Position numbers and translations under genes: made by a program. Below the pieces are notes generated by a model that ran no database searches, was not told the origin of the DNA, and was given only the letters and a program-made list of their open reading frames with translations. From an uncultured Candidatus Saccharibacteria bacterium (GTDB taxonomy: Bacteria; Patescibacteriota; Minisyncoccia; Phycocordibacterales; GWA1-40-21), in the NCBI GenBank assembly GCA_964605355.1, contig CAZSCE010000008.1, positions 1 to 23,814 on the forward strand: DNA of 23,814 bases, written 5' to 3'. Positions 15,643 through 23,814 of this stretch are shown here, in pieces (position 1 is the first letter of the stretch; every line of letters starts with the position of its first letter).

Positions 15643-16128
15643 CTAATAGTTTTGTGGTGGTGGTGCCTGACGTGGAAGAAATGGTGATGGCGCTCCAGTA
15701 GAAGGATTAATATATGCTGCTGTCCCATTAGGTGGGTAGGAAGTTGGAGCGACCGTCACCCCAGGAATCATATTATTAATACTATTTGGTGCGCCTTCAT
15801 TACTATCAACCCCAAAAGCGTTTCTTAATAGACCCACAATACCCCAGATAGAAACCATGACAGCAATAGCAATAATACCATTTATCATTTGTGTTCTGGC
15901 CTTGTCCTTGCCATCTTCCTCTGAGGACATTGAATATTTTGTGACATTCCAGATAAACCAAACTACAGCTAAAGCAAAAAGAAAGATTATAATATTATTA
16001 AGAAGACTTTTCCCACTATTAATGGCACCGCCTAAATAATCAAGATTTACCTGTGTCCCCGCGGCCATAACCAAAACCGGCAAACCAAGAGTGATAACTG
16101 AACCTAAACTAATTAATATTTTTTTCAC
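15643..16128 (-). CDS. VirB2/TrbC-like pilin paralog 3, with a Pro/Ser/Thr-rich C-terminal tail
   Basis: Close paralog of the previous gene: FLFALAVVWFIWNVTKYSMSSEEDGKDKARTQMINGIIAIAVMVSIWGIVGLL. It carries an extra PTSYPPNGT...PPPQNY tail. Confidence 0.55.
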   Translation of the reverse strand: MKKILISLGSVITLGLPVLVMAAGTQVNLDYLGGAINSGKSLLNNIIIFLFALAVVWFIWNVTKYSMSSEEDGKDKARTQMINGIIAIAVMVSIWGIVGLLRNAFGVDSNEGAPNSINNMIPGVTVAPTSYPPNGTAAYINPSTGAPSPFLPRQAPPPQNY

Positions 16129-16212
16129 AATTTTGTAAATTTAATTTTTAAACTACGACCTTTGATATTTTTACCTTATAATTATACCTTTTTACATTAA
16201 AATCAGCAATTA

Positions 16213-16500
16213 CTATTTTGGTGGTGTTATTTGGATAGTTTTTGGGGTGGTATTCAAATTAAAAGTGCCAGAGACAACAGCCACCAGTCCCCAAAGGGAA
16301 ACCATCACAAAAATACCAATAATCCCCCACAACATATACTGCTTGCCCTCTTCCTTCTTCTCCCCACCCTCAGAGAACATAAGAATAAGAACACCGTATA
16401 AAAATACCACCACAGCTAGGCCAATTAAAAGTGGCACAATTGGCGCTAATATTTTACCAATAAACACCTGCTCCACTAAATCTTTAAAATTGGTTATCAT
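16213..16500 (-). CDS. VirB2/TrbC-like pilin paralog 4 (no signal peptide)
   Basis: LLIGLAVVVFLYGVLIL, the loop SEGGEKKEEGKQY, and MLWGIIGIFVMVSLWGLVAVV. Confidence 0.5.
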   Translation of the reverse strand: MITNFKDLVEQVFIGKILAPIVPLLIGLAVVVFLYGVLILMFSEGGEKKEEGKQYMLWGIIGIFVMVSLWGLVAVVSGTFNLNTTPKTIQITPPK

Positions 16501-16521
16501 TATATTTTATTATTTATTAAT

Positions 16522-16878
16522 TTATCTTGCTCCGGTAGTAACTTTTACTGTACCTATTACCACATTAGCAATAACATCAGCGCCTAAGAGAATGGCTCCA
16601 CCAATAATTGTGGCATAAAACATATCCTTGGCCTTTGATACTTCTGATTCATTACCTTGAGCCATAACAAATTTAAAACCGGAGTAAATTATAAAGAAAA
16701 CTACCACCACCCCACCAACTTTAGCCACTAAATCCATAAGGCTACCCACAATCCCCCTCACGTCATTTGATTTCAAGGGATTATTTATAGTAGTATCAGC
16801 AGCAAAAAGAATAACCGGTACTAATAATAAAAATAATGAAACTATAGATGGTAGATATTTTTTATAATTTTTTTTCAT
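16522..16878 (-). CDS. VirB2/TrbC-like (Gram-positive T4SS-type) pilin paralog 5
   Basis: Signal peptide is followed by VAKVGGVVVVFFIIYSGFKFVMAQGNESEVSKAKDMFYATIIGGAILLGADVIANVV. This is the canonical layout of a signal peptide, a helix, a short K/E loop, and a second helix. Confidence 0.6.
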   Translation of the reverse strand: MKKNYKKYLPSIVSLFLLLVPVILFAADTTINNPLKSNDVRGIVGSLMDLVAKVGGVVVVFFIIYSGFKFVMAQGNESEVSKAKDMFYATIIGGAILLGADVIANVVIGTVKVTTGAR

Positions 16879-16880
16879 AT

Positions 16881-17315
16881 TTATTTTAAGAATTTAAAAA
16901 TTCCTGGTGTACCAGTATCTGATGTGTCTACTAATATATTTAATATTGTATAAACTATCAACCAGGCTGTAAGTATTATAACAAACCCCATCAAAGTAGA
17001 CCAGAGAAGGCTTTTTGCTTTATCTTTATTACCTGGCTTTTCCCCAGAGGTCATATATAGAAAACCACCCCAAATAGCCGAGATGGTAAATATCACCCCA
17101 GCAATACTGATAATCCAATTAATAATTCTATTAATTAAACCTATGAACTCAGGAAATTTGCAAGGTACTGCATATGGGCCCGTTCCTGACAAGCCGCAGC
17201 GAATCAATGGCGTATAAATATTTTCAGCAATAGAGATAACCGGTAAAATAAAAACAAAGAGCAAAATTATGGAAGTCAGGCTGGCGAGAAATTTTTTATT
17301 TAATAAATGTGACAT
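16881..17315 (-). CDS. VirB2/TrbC-like pilin paralog 6, with a Cys pair in the pre-helix region
   Basis: Signal/TM segment is followed by IRCGLSGTGPYAVPC, then IISIAGVIFTISAIWGGFLYMTSGEKPGNKDKAKSLLWSTLMGFVIILTAWLIV. Confidence 0.55.
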   Translation of the reverse strand: MSHLLNKKFLASLTSIILLFVFILPVISIAENIYTPLIRCGLSGTGPYAVPCKFPEFIGLINRIINWIISIAGVIFTISAIWGGFLYMTSGEKPGNKDKAKSLLWSTLMGFVIILTAWLIVYTILNILVDTSDTGTPGIFKFLK

Positions 17316-17323
17316 TTTAATTA

Positions 17324-18622
17324 TTAAAGAAGACTATCAATTCTATCAGAAGCGGTGTTAACGGCGGGACCAATTGCTTCTCGGCCCGTTGTATATGATT
17401 CTACCATATCCTGGAAAATAGCGCCTGTCTGTACAGCGTTTGGATCAAGCCAGCCCTTGCTTAAAATGGCACTCTGGTTAAAAACTGTTTTAATAGCGTT
17501 TGTCTCCGGTAAGCTTAAAATATCTCTTCTGGCTGATGGCAAATTAAAAGTGTTAGACCAATATGGAAAAGCGGCAGCGCTAGTAAGGCTACTTATAACA
17601 GTATAAGTTCCAGCTGGATCAGCAGAATTTTTCATTATGGCAAGGCCCATTATATTACCAAAAGTATTGTAAACCTTGGCATTAGTAATCTGTGGTAATA
17701 AAGCCACATCAAAATTCAAATTTGGATTTTTGTTTTTTATAGTCATATATTCTGACGCAAAACCAAAATACATAGCTAAATCTCCATTAGTAAAAGAATC
17801 AAGCGCACTGGGTAATGACCGGTTCCAAGAATAAGTAACCTTTGTTGGATTAGAGAAATTTGTATAAAACTGGAGAGCTAAACTGGCGGCTGAGGCAGAA
17901 GAACCAAAAGTATTATTCAAAACGCTTTTATATGAACCATCAGTGTTTTGACTCATGATTGGATTACCAGACTGTATAATAAGAGCACTCAATATTTCTT
18001 TAGCATTATTTATATTTCTAAACTCTCCTAGGGCCACAGTACTGGCCAAAATATTTCCGCCCTGATCCTTTCTGGTCATCTTTGGCACTAAGCTGGAAAT
18101 CTCGGTCCAGCTCTGTGGGGGCTTTGTCACTCCGGCATTATTAAAAATATCCCTATTCCAGTACATAACCAAAGGATCCACCATCAGAGGCAGGGCCACC
18201 GCACCGTTACTATTTAAATATAACTCCCCTTCCTGAATATACGTTTGTTTGAAAGTAAGTTCAGGCAAAGACACAAAAGGAATGGTATAAATTCTGTTTG
18301 TATACCGGACAATCAGATCAGCCGGTAATATAATGGCATCTGGACCCACACCAGAAGCCAGGGCCTCTACTAAATCCTGATCAAAAGTGGCCAAACTTCG
18401 CTGTGCATAACTTACATTGTATTTCAGATTATTCTCACCAAAATATTTTGAAGTGAGAGAGGTAAAAGCATCTGCAGATAGTGTGCCCCATATTGTAATA
18501 TTTATTTGGGTTTGCCCATTGTTTGTACTGGCCTTATAAGTAGAAAACATAATACCTCCAATAATTATAAAAAAGATAAACAATCCTATCACCACATATT
18601 GAAAAAGTTTATTATTCTTCAT
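17324..18622 (-). CDS. Membrane-anchored extracellular solute-binding protein homolog (ABC-type SBP family 1 fold) with no adjacent permease or ATPase
   Basis: N-terminal TM anchor. The motifs ITIWGTL, PDAIILPADLIVRY, LPLMVDPLVMYWNRDIF and DLAMYFGFASEYMTIKNKNPNLNFDVALLPQ are typical of MalE-like sugar-binding proteins. Confidence 0.55.
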   Translation of the reverse strand: MKNNKLFQYVVIGLFIFFIIIGGIMFSTYKASTNNGQTQINITIWGTLSADAFTSLTSKYFGENNLKYNVSYAQRSLATFDQDLVEALASGVGPDAIILPADLIVRYTNRIYTIPFVSLPELTFKQTYIQEGELYLNSNGAVALPLMVDPLVMYWNRDIFNNAGVTKPPQSWTEISSLVPKMTRKDQGGNILASTVALGEFRNINNAKEILSALIIQSGNPIMSQNTDGSYKSVLNNTFGSSASAASLALQFYTNFSNPTKVTYSWNRSLPSALDSFTNGDLAMYFGFASEYMTIKNKNPNLNFDVALLPQITNAKVYNTFGNIMGLAIMKNSADPAGTYTVISSLTSAAAFPYWSNTFNLPSARRDILSLPETNAIKTVFNQSAILSKGWLDPNAVQTGAIFQDMVESYTTGREAIGPAVNTASDRIDSLL

Positions 18623-18631
18623 TTTATTTAT

Positions 18632-19225
18632 TTAAACTATTTTTCTAAAAATTAAACCATAATGCTCTGCGCCGGCGGTTATTTCCCGATCTAATTTGAA
18701 ACCGTGGTCCTGAAACAGGTCCGTCATTTTGATTTTAGAAATAATGTCTCTCTCCAGTGGACCAATCCCCCCAAAAGAACCACCCCAATCCACCACCAAG
18801 ACCCGGCCGTTTCCGCGTAAAATACGCATGGCCTCTAAACATAAGCCATCCTTATTCTCAATTTGGAAAAATAAATTAGCTATCACAATAGCGTCCATAG
18901 AATTCTCCCTCAATTTTGTGCCACCTAGATGCTCTAAATCTCCCCAAACAATATCTAGATTATTTATATGATTTTGTTTGGCACCATTTTTTAATTTGCC
19001 CAATAAATCCTTTTGAATATCCACAGCAAAAACTTTGCCAGAAGGCGCCACCGCCCTAGCAATAGCCATACTATAAAATCCTGACCCCGAACCAAAATCC
19101 GCCACCATCATCCCCGGGCTCAGCGCAAATTGTTTTATATTATTTTCCGGATCAGAGAACATGAGGATATTATACCCTGTATGATTTTTATAGACAAGTG
19201 ATAGAGGCGAGGAGATCACCTTCAC
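18632..19225 (-). CDS. Class I SAM-dependent methyltransferase. The annotated start overlaps the gyrA end by 38 nt, and internal Met codons at about 19162 or 19108 are alternative starts.
   Basis: [16 protein letters not shown] is the glycine-rich SAM-binding motif I. VFAVD is a motif II-like acidic residue. ~197 aa. Confidence 0.75.
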   Translation of the reverse strand: MKVISSPLSLVYKNHTGYNILMFSDPENNIKQFALSPGMMVADFGSGSGFYSMAIARAVAPSGKVFAVDIQKDLLGKLKNGAKQNHINNLDIVWGDLEHLGGTKLRENSMDAIVIANLFFQIENKDGLCLEAMRILRGNGRVLVVDWGGSFGGIGPLERDIISKIKMTDLFQDHGFKLDREITAGAEHYGLIFRKIV

Positions 19226-21653
19226 GTAATTTCATTATTCTAACTCCCTGAGTTTGGCGGCCTAATGTAGGAATTTCTTTGGTTTCCACGCGGATCACCT
19301 GGCTCTTTTTAGAAATGGCGGCAATCTCATCTATCTCATCTGTCATCACGCGGGCCGACATTATGTCACCGGTCTTGGCAGTTACCTTCATCGTTTTAAT
19401 TCCAGACCCACCGCGATTTTGCACTTTATATTCTTTCAAAGCAGTTCTCTTACCATAACCATTACTGCTAATCACAAAGAAAGTTGGGTTTACCATGGTT
19501 TTCTTGACCACATCTGTGCTGACCACAAAGTCATTCTTGCCCAGTTTGATAGCGCGCACACCGGCGGCGCCGCGGCCCATTTCCCGAATATCACTTTCCT
19601 TGAAGCGGATGGACTGACCCTTGGCGGTCGCTAAAATCATCTCGTCTGTAGGGGCAACAAACTGCACGGAGGTGAGCTCGTCTCCATCATGCAGTGAAAT
19701 AGCAATCAAACCACTCCTGCGCACATCATGGAAAGCGGCGGCATCTACCTTTTTCACTGTTCCTTGTTTGGTCACCATCATCAAAGCCAGTTTACTATTT
19801 TTTAATTCCTTTGGCATAGCCAAAACAGAAGTCACTTTTTCCTCCGCGGAAATAGATAAATAATTTACCAGGGCTTTACCTTTGGTGGCGCGCTTACCCT
19901 CTGGTAATTCATGCATTTTTATTTGATAAGCTTTACCTTTATCACTAAAGAAAAGAATATCACTATGCGTAGTGGCGCTGAGGAAATTCACCACAAAATC
20001 CTCGTCTTTGGTATCCAAATCCACCACCCCCACTCCCCCTCTTTTTTGTTTTTTATAATCATCCGGACTGGTTCTCTTTACATAGCCACCAGTAGTGAGT
20101 ACTAACACATTTTCCTCATCCGGAATCAAATCTTCATCAGACATATTACCTACCCCTTGTTTTATAATTCTGGTTCTTCTCTCATCAGCATATTTCAACG
20201 CGGTCTCTTGTAATTCAGATTTTACCACCGCTAAAATTTTCTTGGCACTGGATAATAAATCCTTCAAATATTTTATCAGGGCTTCTACTTCCTTTAATTC
20301 ATCCTCTATTTTTTGTCTTTCCAAACCGGTTAAACGGCCAATCTTCATATCCACAATAGTCTGGGCCTGAATTTCTGAGAATTTAAATACCTTTATTAAA
20401 TTCCTCTTGGCATCCTCCACGTCTTTAGATTTCTTGATCAGTTTAATAATCTCATCTATATGATCCAAGGCCTTTTTTAAGCCAAACAAAATATGCTGGC
20501 GGGCTTCCGCTTTTGACAAATCAAATTCTGTTCGCCTTTTTACCACCACTTTACGGTGATCAATAAATTCATCCAAGAAAGATTTCAAAGACAAAGTTTG
20601 CGGTACGCGGTCCACCAGGGCCAGCATGTTGTAATGGAAAGTTTCCTCCAGCTGAGTATGTTTGTATATAAAATTCAAAACTTTTTGTGGCTGGGCACCG
20701 GATTTCAAATCAATCACAATACGTAGATCCTTGGCGCTTTCATCACGCAAGCCTTTTATCCCTTCTACTTTTTTCTCTCGCACCAAATCAGCAATAGCAA
20801 TAATCAGTTCTGCCTTGTTCACCCGGTAAGGAATAGAAGTAATAATTATTTGATAGGTGCCTTTTTTGTCCTCAACTATTTCCGCTACACCACGCACTAC
20901 CACGCCGCCGCGGCCGGTAGCATAAGCATGACTAATGTCAGCCTGATTATAAGCCACACCACCAGTTGGGAAATCCGGGCCTTTGATAAAGCCAAGTAAA
21001 TCTTCTGTAGTAGCGTCAGGATTATCAATCAAATGCACAGTGGCATCTACTACTTCTTTCAAATTGTGCGGTGGAATATTTGTAGCCATACCCACAGCAA
21101 TACCCAGGGTTCCGTTTAAAAGTAAGTTTGGTAAAGCGGCCGGTAATACATCCGGTTCCTTTCTGGTGTTATCATAGTTTGAGCGCCACTCCACAGTTTC
21201 CTTTTCTAGATCTTTTAGTAGTTCACCGGCGATTTTAGACATCTTGGCCTCCGTATACCTCATAGCGGCAGCAGAGTCACCATCAATGTTACCAAAGTTT
21301 CCTTGACCCACTACCAGCGGATAACGGTGTGAGAAATCCTGCGCCATTTTCACCATCGCTTCATACACAGACGCATCACCATGAGGGTGATAATTACCAA
21401 GCACCTCTCCCACCACAGCGGCAGACTTTCTGGTTTTGGCACCGGAGGTGAGGCCCATCTCATGCATAGCATAAAGGATACGGCGGTGCACCGGTTTCAA
21501 ACCATCACGCACATCAGGCAAAGCACGGTCAGTAATAACAGTCATGGCATAGTCAATAAATGACTCTTTCATTTCCGTGGTAATACTGCGCTGAGAAATA
21601 CCCCTCTCTGGTATTCTTTCCTCTATTTCTTTTTTCTTTTCTTCGTTTTTCAT
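19188..21653 (-). CDS. gyrA: DNA gyrase subunit A
   Basis: The N-terminus ([33 protein letters not shown]) includes the active-site region (AAMRYTE) and the QRDR-like segment ([12 protein letters not shown]). The C-terminal beta-pinwheel repeats are present. 821 aa. Confidence 0.92.
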   Translation of the reverse strand: MKNEEKKKEIEERIPERGISQRSITTEMKESFIDYAMTVITDRALPDVRDGLKPVHRRILYAMHEMGLTSGAKTRKSAAVVGEVLGNYHPHGDASVYEAMVKMAQDFSHRYPLVVGQGNFGNIDGDSAAAMRYTEAKMSKIAGELLKDLEKETVEWRSNYDNTRKEPDVLPAALPNLLLNGTLGIAVGMATNIPPHNLKEVVDATVHLIDNPDATTEDLLGFIKGPDFPTGGVAYNQADISHAYATGRGGVVVRGVAEIVEDKKGTYQIIITSIPYRVNKAELIIAIADLVREKKVEGIKGLRDESAKDLRIVIDLKSGAQPQKVLNFIYKHTQLEETFHYNMLALVDRVPQTLSLKSFLDEFIDHRKVVVKRRTEFDLSKAEARQHILFGLKKALDHIDEIIKLIKKSKDVEDAKRNLIKVFKFSEIQAQTIVDMKIGRLTGLERQKIEDELKEVEALIKYLKDLLSSAKKILAVVKSELQETALKYADERRTRIIKQGVGNMSDEDLIPDEENVLVLTTGGYVKRTSPDDYKKQKRGGVGVVDLDTKDEDFVVNFLSATTHSDILFFSDKGKAYQIKMHELPEGKRATKGKALVNYLSISAEEKVTSVLAMPKELKNSKLALMMVTKQGTVKKVDAAAFHDVRRSGLIAISLHDGDELTSVQFVAPTDEMILATAKGQSIRFKESDIREMGRGAAGVRAIKLGKNDFVVSTDVVKKTMVNPTFFVISSNGYGKRTALKEYKVQNRGGSGIKTMKVTAKTGDIMSARVMTDEIDEIAAISKKSQVIRVETKEIPTLGRQTQGVRIMKLREGDLLASITCL

Positions 21654-21660
21654 ATATTTT

Positions 21661-22020
21661 TTAATTTGTTGATGTTGCAGTGCTTGCTTGTGGTGAGCTT
21701 GTCGAACTATTCCCCTCTTCTATAATTTCAACCGGTATTGTGCTACTACTCATAATATCTAAGGTGTCAGTGCTGGTGCTACTGGTGCTCTCTGTTAATT
21801 CATTAAAACTGGAGAAGGCTTTGGAAAATTCATCTTTTATCATGCCCCATGGACTGACGGAACTTAATTTATTAACCTCATTCTCAGCTAATTTATCATC
21901 TGACTTGGTAAGGGAAATCCAAACGGTCACAATAACAAAAGTAATGACCGCCGCGATCACTAAAGAAAAAACTTTCTTTTTATTATCTGGCATTTCTCTA
22001 ATTTTATTTAAAATACCCAT
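21661..22020 (-). CDS. Small membrane-anchored Ser/Thr-rich hypothetical protein
   Basis: One TM helix ([21 protein letters not shown]) is followed by an S/T-rich low-complexity tail. Sits 8 nt upstream of gyrA. Confidence 0.4.
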   Translation of the reverse strand: MGILNKIREMPDNKKKVFSLVIAAVITFVIVTVWISLTKSDDKLAENEVNKLSSVSPWGMIKDEFSKAFSSFNELTESTSSTSTDTLDIMSSSTIPVEIIEEGNSSTSSPQASTATSTN

Positions 22021-22034
22021 GAAATTTAAAAGTG

Positions 22035-22673
22035 CTAATTACTCTGGCTCAATATTACCACCTCGCCTTCCTTACCCTCTAAATCTTTCTTCTTCAAGGT
22101 TAATTTATCTACTGGCTTGACCCCCTCTTCCCCAGCCTCTTTCAGAAACTTTTTCAAGGCTCCAGTCACACCCACCTCATCATAATGCATAGGGATAATT
22201 AATTTTGGCTCCAAGGCTACGGCCAATTTATTTGCCTTATTAGCATCCAAAACGCCATCATCACCAATTGGCAAGAATAAAATATCAATATCTTCTATAG
22301 CCTCCATAAATTCTGGAGAAAGTTTTTCATCAGAGAGGGCGCCCAGGAAACATAAGGTCATACCTTCCAGGACAACAGTATAAACCGTATTAATTTTTTC
22401 TTTTTTACCGTAATTAGTTTTTGATTGGAAACCTTTAATAAAAACACCCTTAGTTTCATACTCGCCGGGGCCGGAAATAACTAATGGTTCTTTACCATTA
22501 TAGGACAAGTTTTCTACACCATTAAAATCTGGATGGTTAGCACTCACGAGGGCCACATCCGCAAAAAAGCGGGTATTTTTAAACTTACTTTCCTTGGAAA
22601 TAGGGTTAAAAGCCAGGATTGTATCCCCAAATTGAACTTTGAAAAACTCCACTCCTTGATAAGTGATAATCAT
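22035..22673 (-). CDS. MBL-fold metal-dependent hydrolase (UPF0173/YtkL-like)
   Basis: ALVSANHPDFNG is a degenerate HxHxDH region. The protein also has LFLPIGDDG and a C-terminal IIPMHYD. ~212 aa, consistent with the small MBL hydrolases. Confidence 0.6.
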   Translation of the reverse strand: MIITYQGVEFFKVQFGDTILAFNPISKESKFKNTRFFADVALVSANHPDFNGVENLSYNGKEPLVISGPGEYETKGVFIKGFQSKTNYGKKEKINTVYTVVLEGMTLCFLGALSDEKLSPEFMEAIEDIDILFLPIGDDGVLDANKANKLAVALEPKLIIPMHYDEVGVTGALKKFLKEAGEEGVKPVDKLTLKKKDLEGKEGEVVILSQSN

Positions 22674-22734
22674 AACTCTTTAATTATACCAAATCTGCAC
22701 TCAAAATACAAATAAAAAACACCCAAAAAAGACT

Positions 22735-22761
22735 TGTTTTTTAACTAAAGTTATGTATAAT
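22735..22761 (+). promoter_or_regulatory. Candidate sigma70-like promoter for rpsA: TTGTTT, 15-nt spacer, TATAAT. A divergent candidate on the minus strand would drive the MBL-gyrA-pilin operon.
   Basis: TATAAT at 22756-22761 with an upstream TTGTTT. The spacer is short, so confidence is low. Confidence 0.3.
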
Positions 22762-22853
22762 GTATGAGTTATTAATTCACCCCCGAAAGGAGGGTAAATC
22801 AAAAAGATAACCCTAGGGCTGGCGGGATTGGCTTTAGACCTTTTTGGCGATAT

Positions 22854-22878
22854 TTCCGCCATGGGCGGAATTTTTTTT
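22854..22878 (+). promoter_or_regulatory. Terminator-like hairpin (ttccgcc-atg-ggcggaa plus T8) inside the rpsA leader, 8 nt before the start codon. Possible attenuator or autoregulatory element.
   Basis: A 7 bp GC-rich stem with a 3-nt loop, followed by eight T's. Confidence 0.45.
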
Positions 22879-22885
22879 AAAAAAT

Positions 22886-23814
22886 ATGGCAACAAAAAAA
22901 GCAAAAGTTATAGACGAGAGTACAGCGGAGGAAAAGGCAATCAAGGCCAAGAAGGACACCTTGATGACCAAAATTGTAGACAAGAGCGTTACCCCACCAT
23001 CTATTGGTGACGTGGTAGAAGGTGATGTTATTGGCGTAGAAAAATCTTGCGTTTATATAAACCTCCATCCTTATGGAACAGGTATTATTTTTGGTAAAGA
23101 ATTTATCAATGCCCGAGATATTATCAAGAAAATAAATATTGGTGATAAGGTGGCTGCCAAAGTGGTGGATAACGGTAATGGTAATGAAGATGGATATATT
23201 GAACTTTCTCTAAAGGAAGCTCGCCAAGCCCTGATTTGGGATGAAGCTGAAGCCGCTATTAAAAACAAAACTGTTTTGGAATTACCAGTTGAGGAGGCTA
23301 ACAAAGGTGGTCTTATTATTAACTGGCAAGGCATCAAGGGCTTTCTTCCGGCTTCCCAATTAAAGACGGAGCATTACCCTAGGATTAATGATGGTGATAA
23401 GGATAAAATTTTAGATGAATTGAAAAAATTGGTGGGTCAGAAAATTTCTGTGGCCATTATTACCGCTTTACCAAAGGAAGGTAAATTGATTTTCTCTGAG
23501 AAAAATATTGAGAAGAAAGGCAAGCAAAAGATTGTGGATAAATACAAACTAGGTGATGTTTGTGGTGGTGAGATCACCGGTATTGTGGACTTTGGTATCT
23601 TTGTAAAACTAGAAGATGGTTTAGAAGGCCTAGTACACATTTCTGAAATTGATTGGACATTAGTAGAAAATCCTCGCGCCTTTTACAAGGTGGGTGAGAA
23701 AGTCCAGGTCAAAGTGATTGAAGTAAAAGATGGCAAGATTTCCCTCTCTATCAAGGCTTTGAAAGAAAACCCTTGGGTAGAAGCGGAGAAGAAATATAAG
23801 AAAGGTGATGAAGT
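22886..23814 (+). CDS. rpsA: 30S ribosomal protein S1, 5' partial (runs off the window end; absent from the ORF track because no stop is reached)
   Basis: Manual translation from ATG 22886 gives MATKKAKVIDEST...GDVVEGDVIGVEKSCVYINL...GGEITGIVDFGIFVKLEDGLEGLVHISEI...GEKVQVKVIEVKDGKISLSIKAL. These are repeated S1 RNA-binding domains. Confidence 0.8.
   Translation, partial: MATKKAKVIDESTAEEKAIKAKKDTLMTKIVDKSVTPPSIGDVVEGDVIGVEKSCVYINLHPYGTGIIFGKEFINARDIIKKINIGDKVAAKVVDNGNGNEDGYIELSLKEARQALIWDEAEAAIKNKTVLELPVEEANKGGLIINWQGIKGFLPASQLKTEHYPRINDGDKDKILDELKKLVGQKISVAIITALPKEGKLIFSEKNIEKKGKQKIVDKYKLGDVCGGEITGIVDFGIFVKLEDGLEGLVHISEIDWTLVENPRAFYKVGEKVQVKVIEVKDGKISLSIKALKENPWVEAEKKYKKGDE

Noticed and set aside
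19419-20370. + strand ORFs of 64-91 aa inside gyrA
   Set aside because: They are antisense to gyrA.
22877-23640. Minus-strand ORFs of 63-88 aa
   Set aside because: They are antisense to the rpsA coding region, which was identified by manual translation.
1-23814. CRISPR array, DGR or retron, and rRNA genes
   Set aside because: No regularly spaced direct repeats were seen. No reverse-transcriptase-like ORF was found. There are no rRNA-like conserved stretches.

Overview
This window reads as low-GC bacterial chromosome, with small-genome traits that suggest Candidate Phyla Radiation/Patescibacteria (an inference from the short IF-2, the many small membrane proteins, and endonuclease genes in a tRNA cluster). 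Recognisable housekeeping genes are clpB, an IscS/NifS-type cysteine desulfurase, infB-rbfA, gyrA and the 5' part of rpsA; the remainder carries the mobile/accessory signals listed next.

- **tRNA genes:** five intact tRNA genes are present: Tyr-GUA, Cys-GCA, Leu-UAA, Lys-CUU and Leu-UAG. None encodes CCA.
- **Recombinase and tRNA-Tyr (264-2571):** a large serine recombinase gene begins at 264, preceded by a block of interleaved inverted repeats at 133-254. Its reading frame runs antisense through tRNA-Tyr. A LAGLIDADG-like HTH endonuclease ORF on the other strand ends inside the 5' end of the same tRNA.
- **HNH endonuclease in the tRNA cluster:** a free-standing HNH homing-endonuclease gene sits between tRNA-Cys and tRNA-Leu(UAA). 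It has no stop codon before it enters the tRNA.
- **att-like scar at tRNA-Leu(UAG):** a 22-nt duplicate of the tRNA-Leu(UAG) 3' end lies 140 bp downstream of the tRNA. This duplicate and a second site just upstream of tRNA-Leu(UAG) each carry a tRNA-Tyr-like anticodon-arm fragment with the 7-nt loop CUGUAAG.
- **GC-elevated island (about 11.07-14.87 kb):** two divergent gene pairs bounded by intrinsic terminators. One pair is an SPFH/band-7 protein plus a translationally coupled two-TM protein with markedly higher GC. The other is a 398-aa coiled-coil protein plus a 94-aa acidic protein.
- **Pilin paralog array (14874-17315, minus strand):** six tandem paralogous small two-TM proteins resemble VirB2/TrbC conjugative pilins. 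They are preceded by an orphan membrane-anchored solute-binding-protein homolog and are apparently co-transcribed with a SAM-methyltransferase and gyrA.
- **Smaller oddities:** a trypsin/HtrA-like protein with no histidine at all (a pseudoprotease), a near-consensus promoter giving a leaderless transcript, and a terminator-like hairpin inside the rpsA leader.

No CRISPR array, rRNA or reverse transcriptase was seen.
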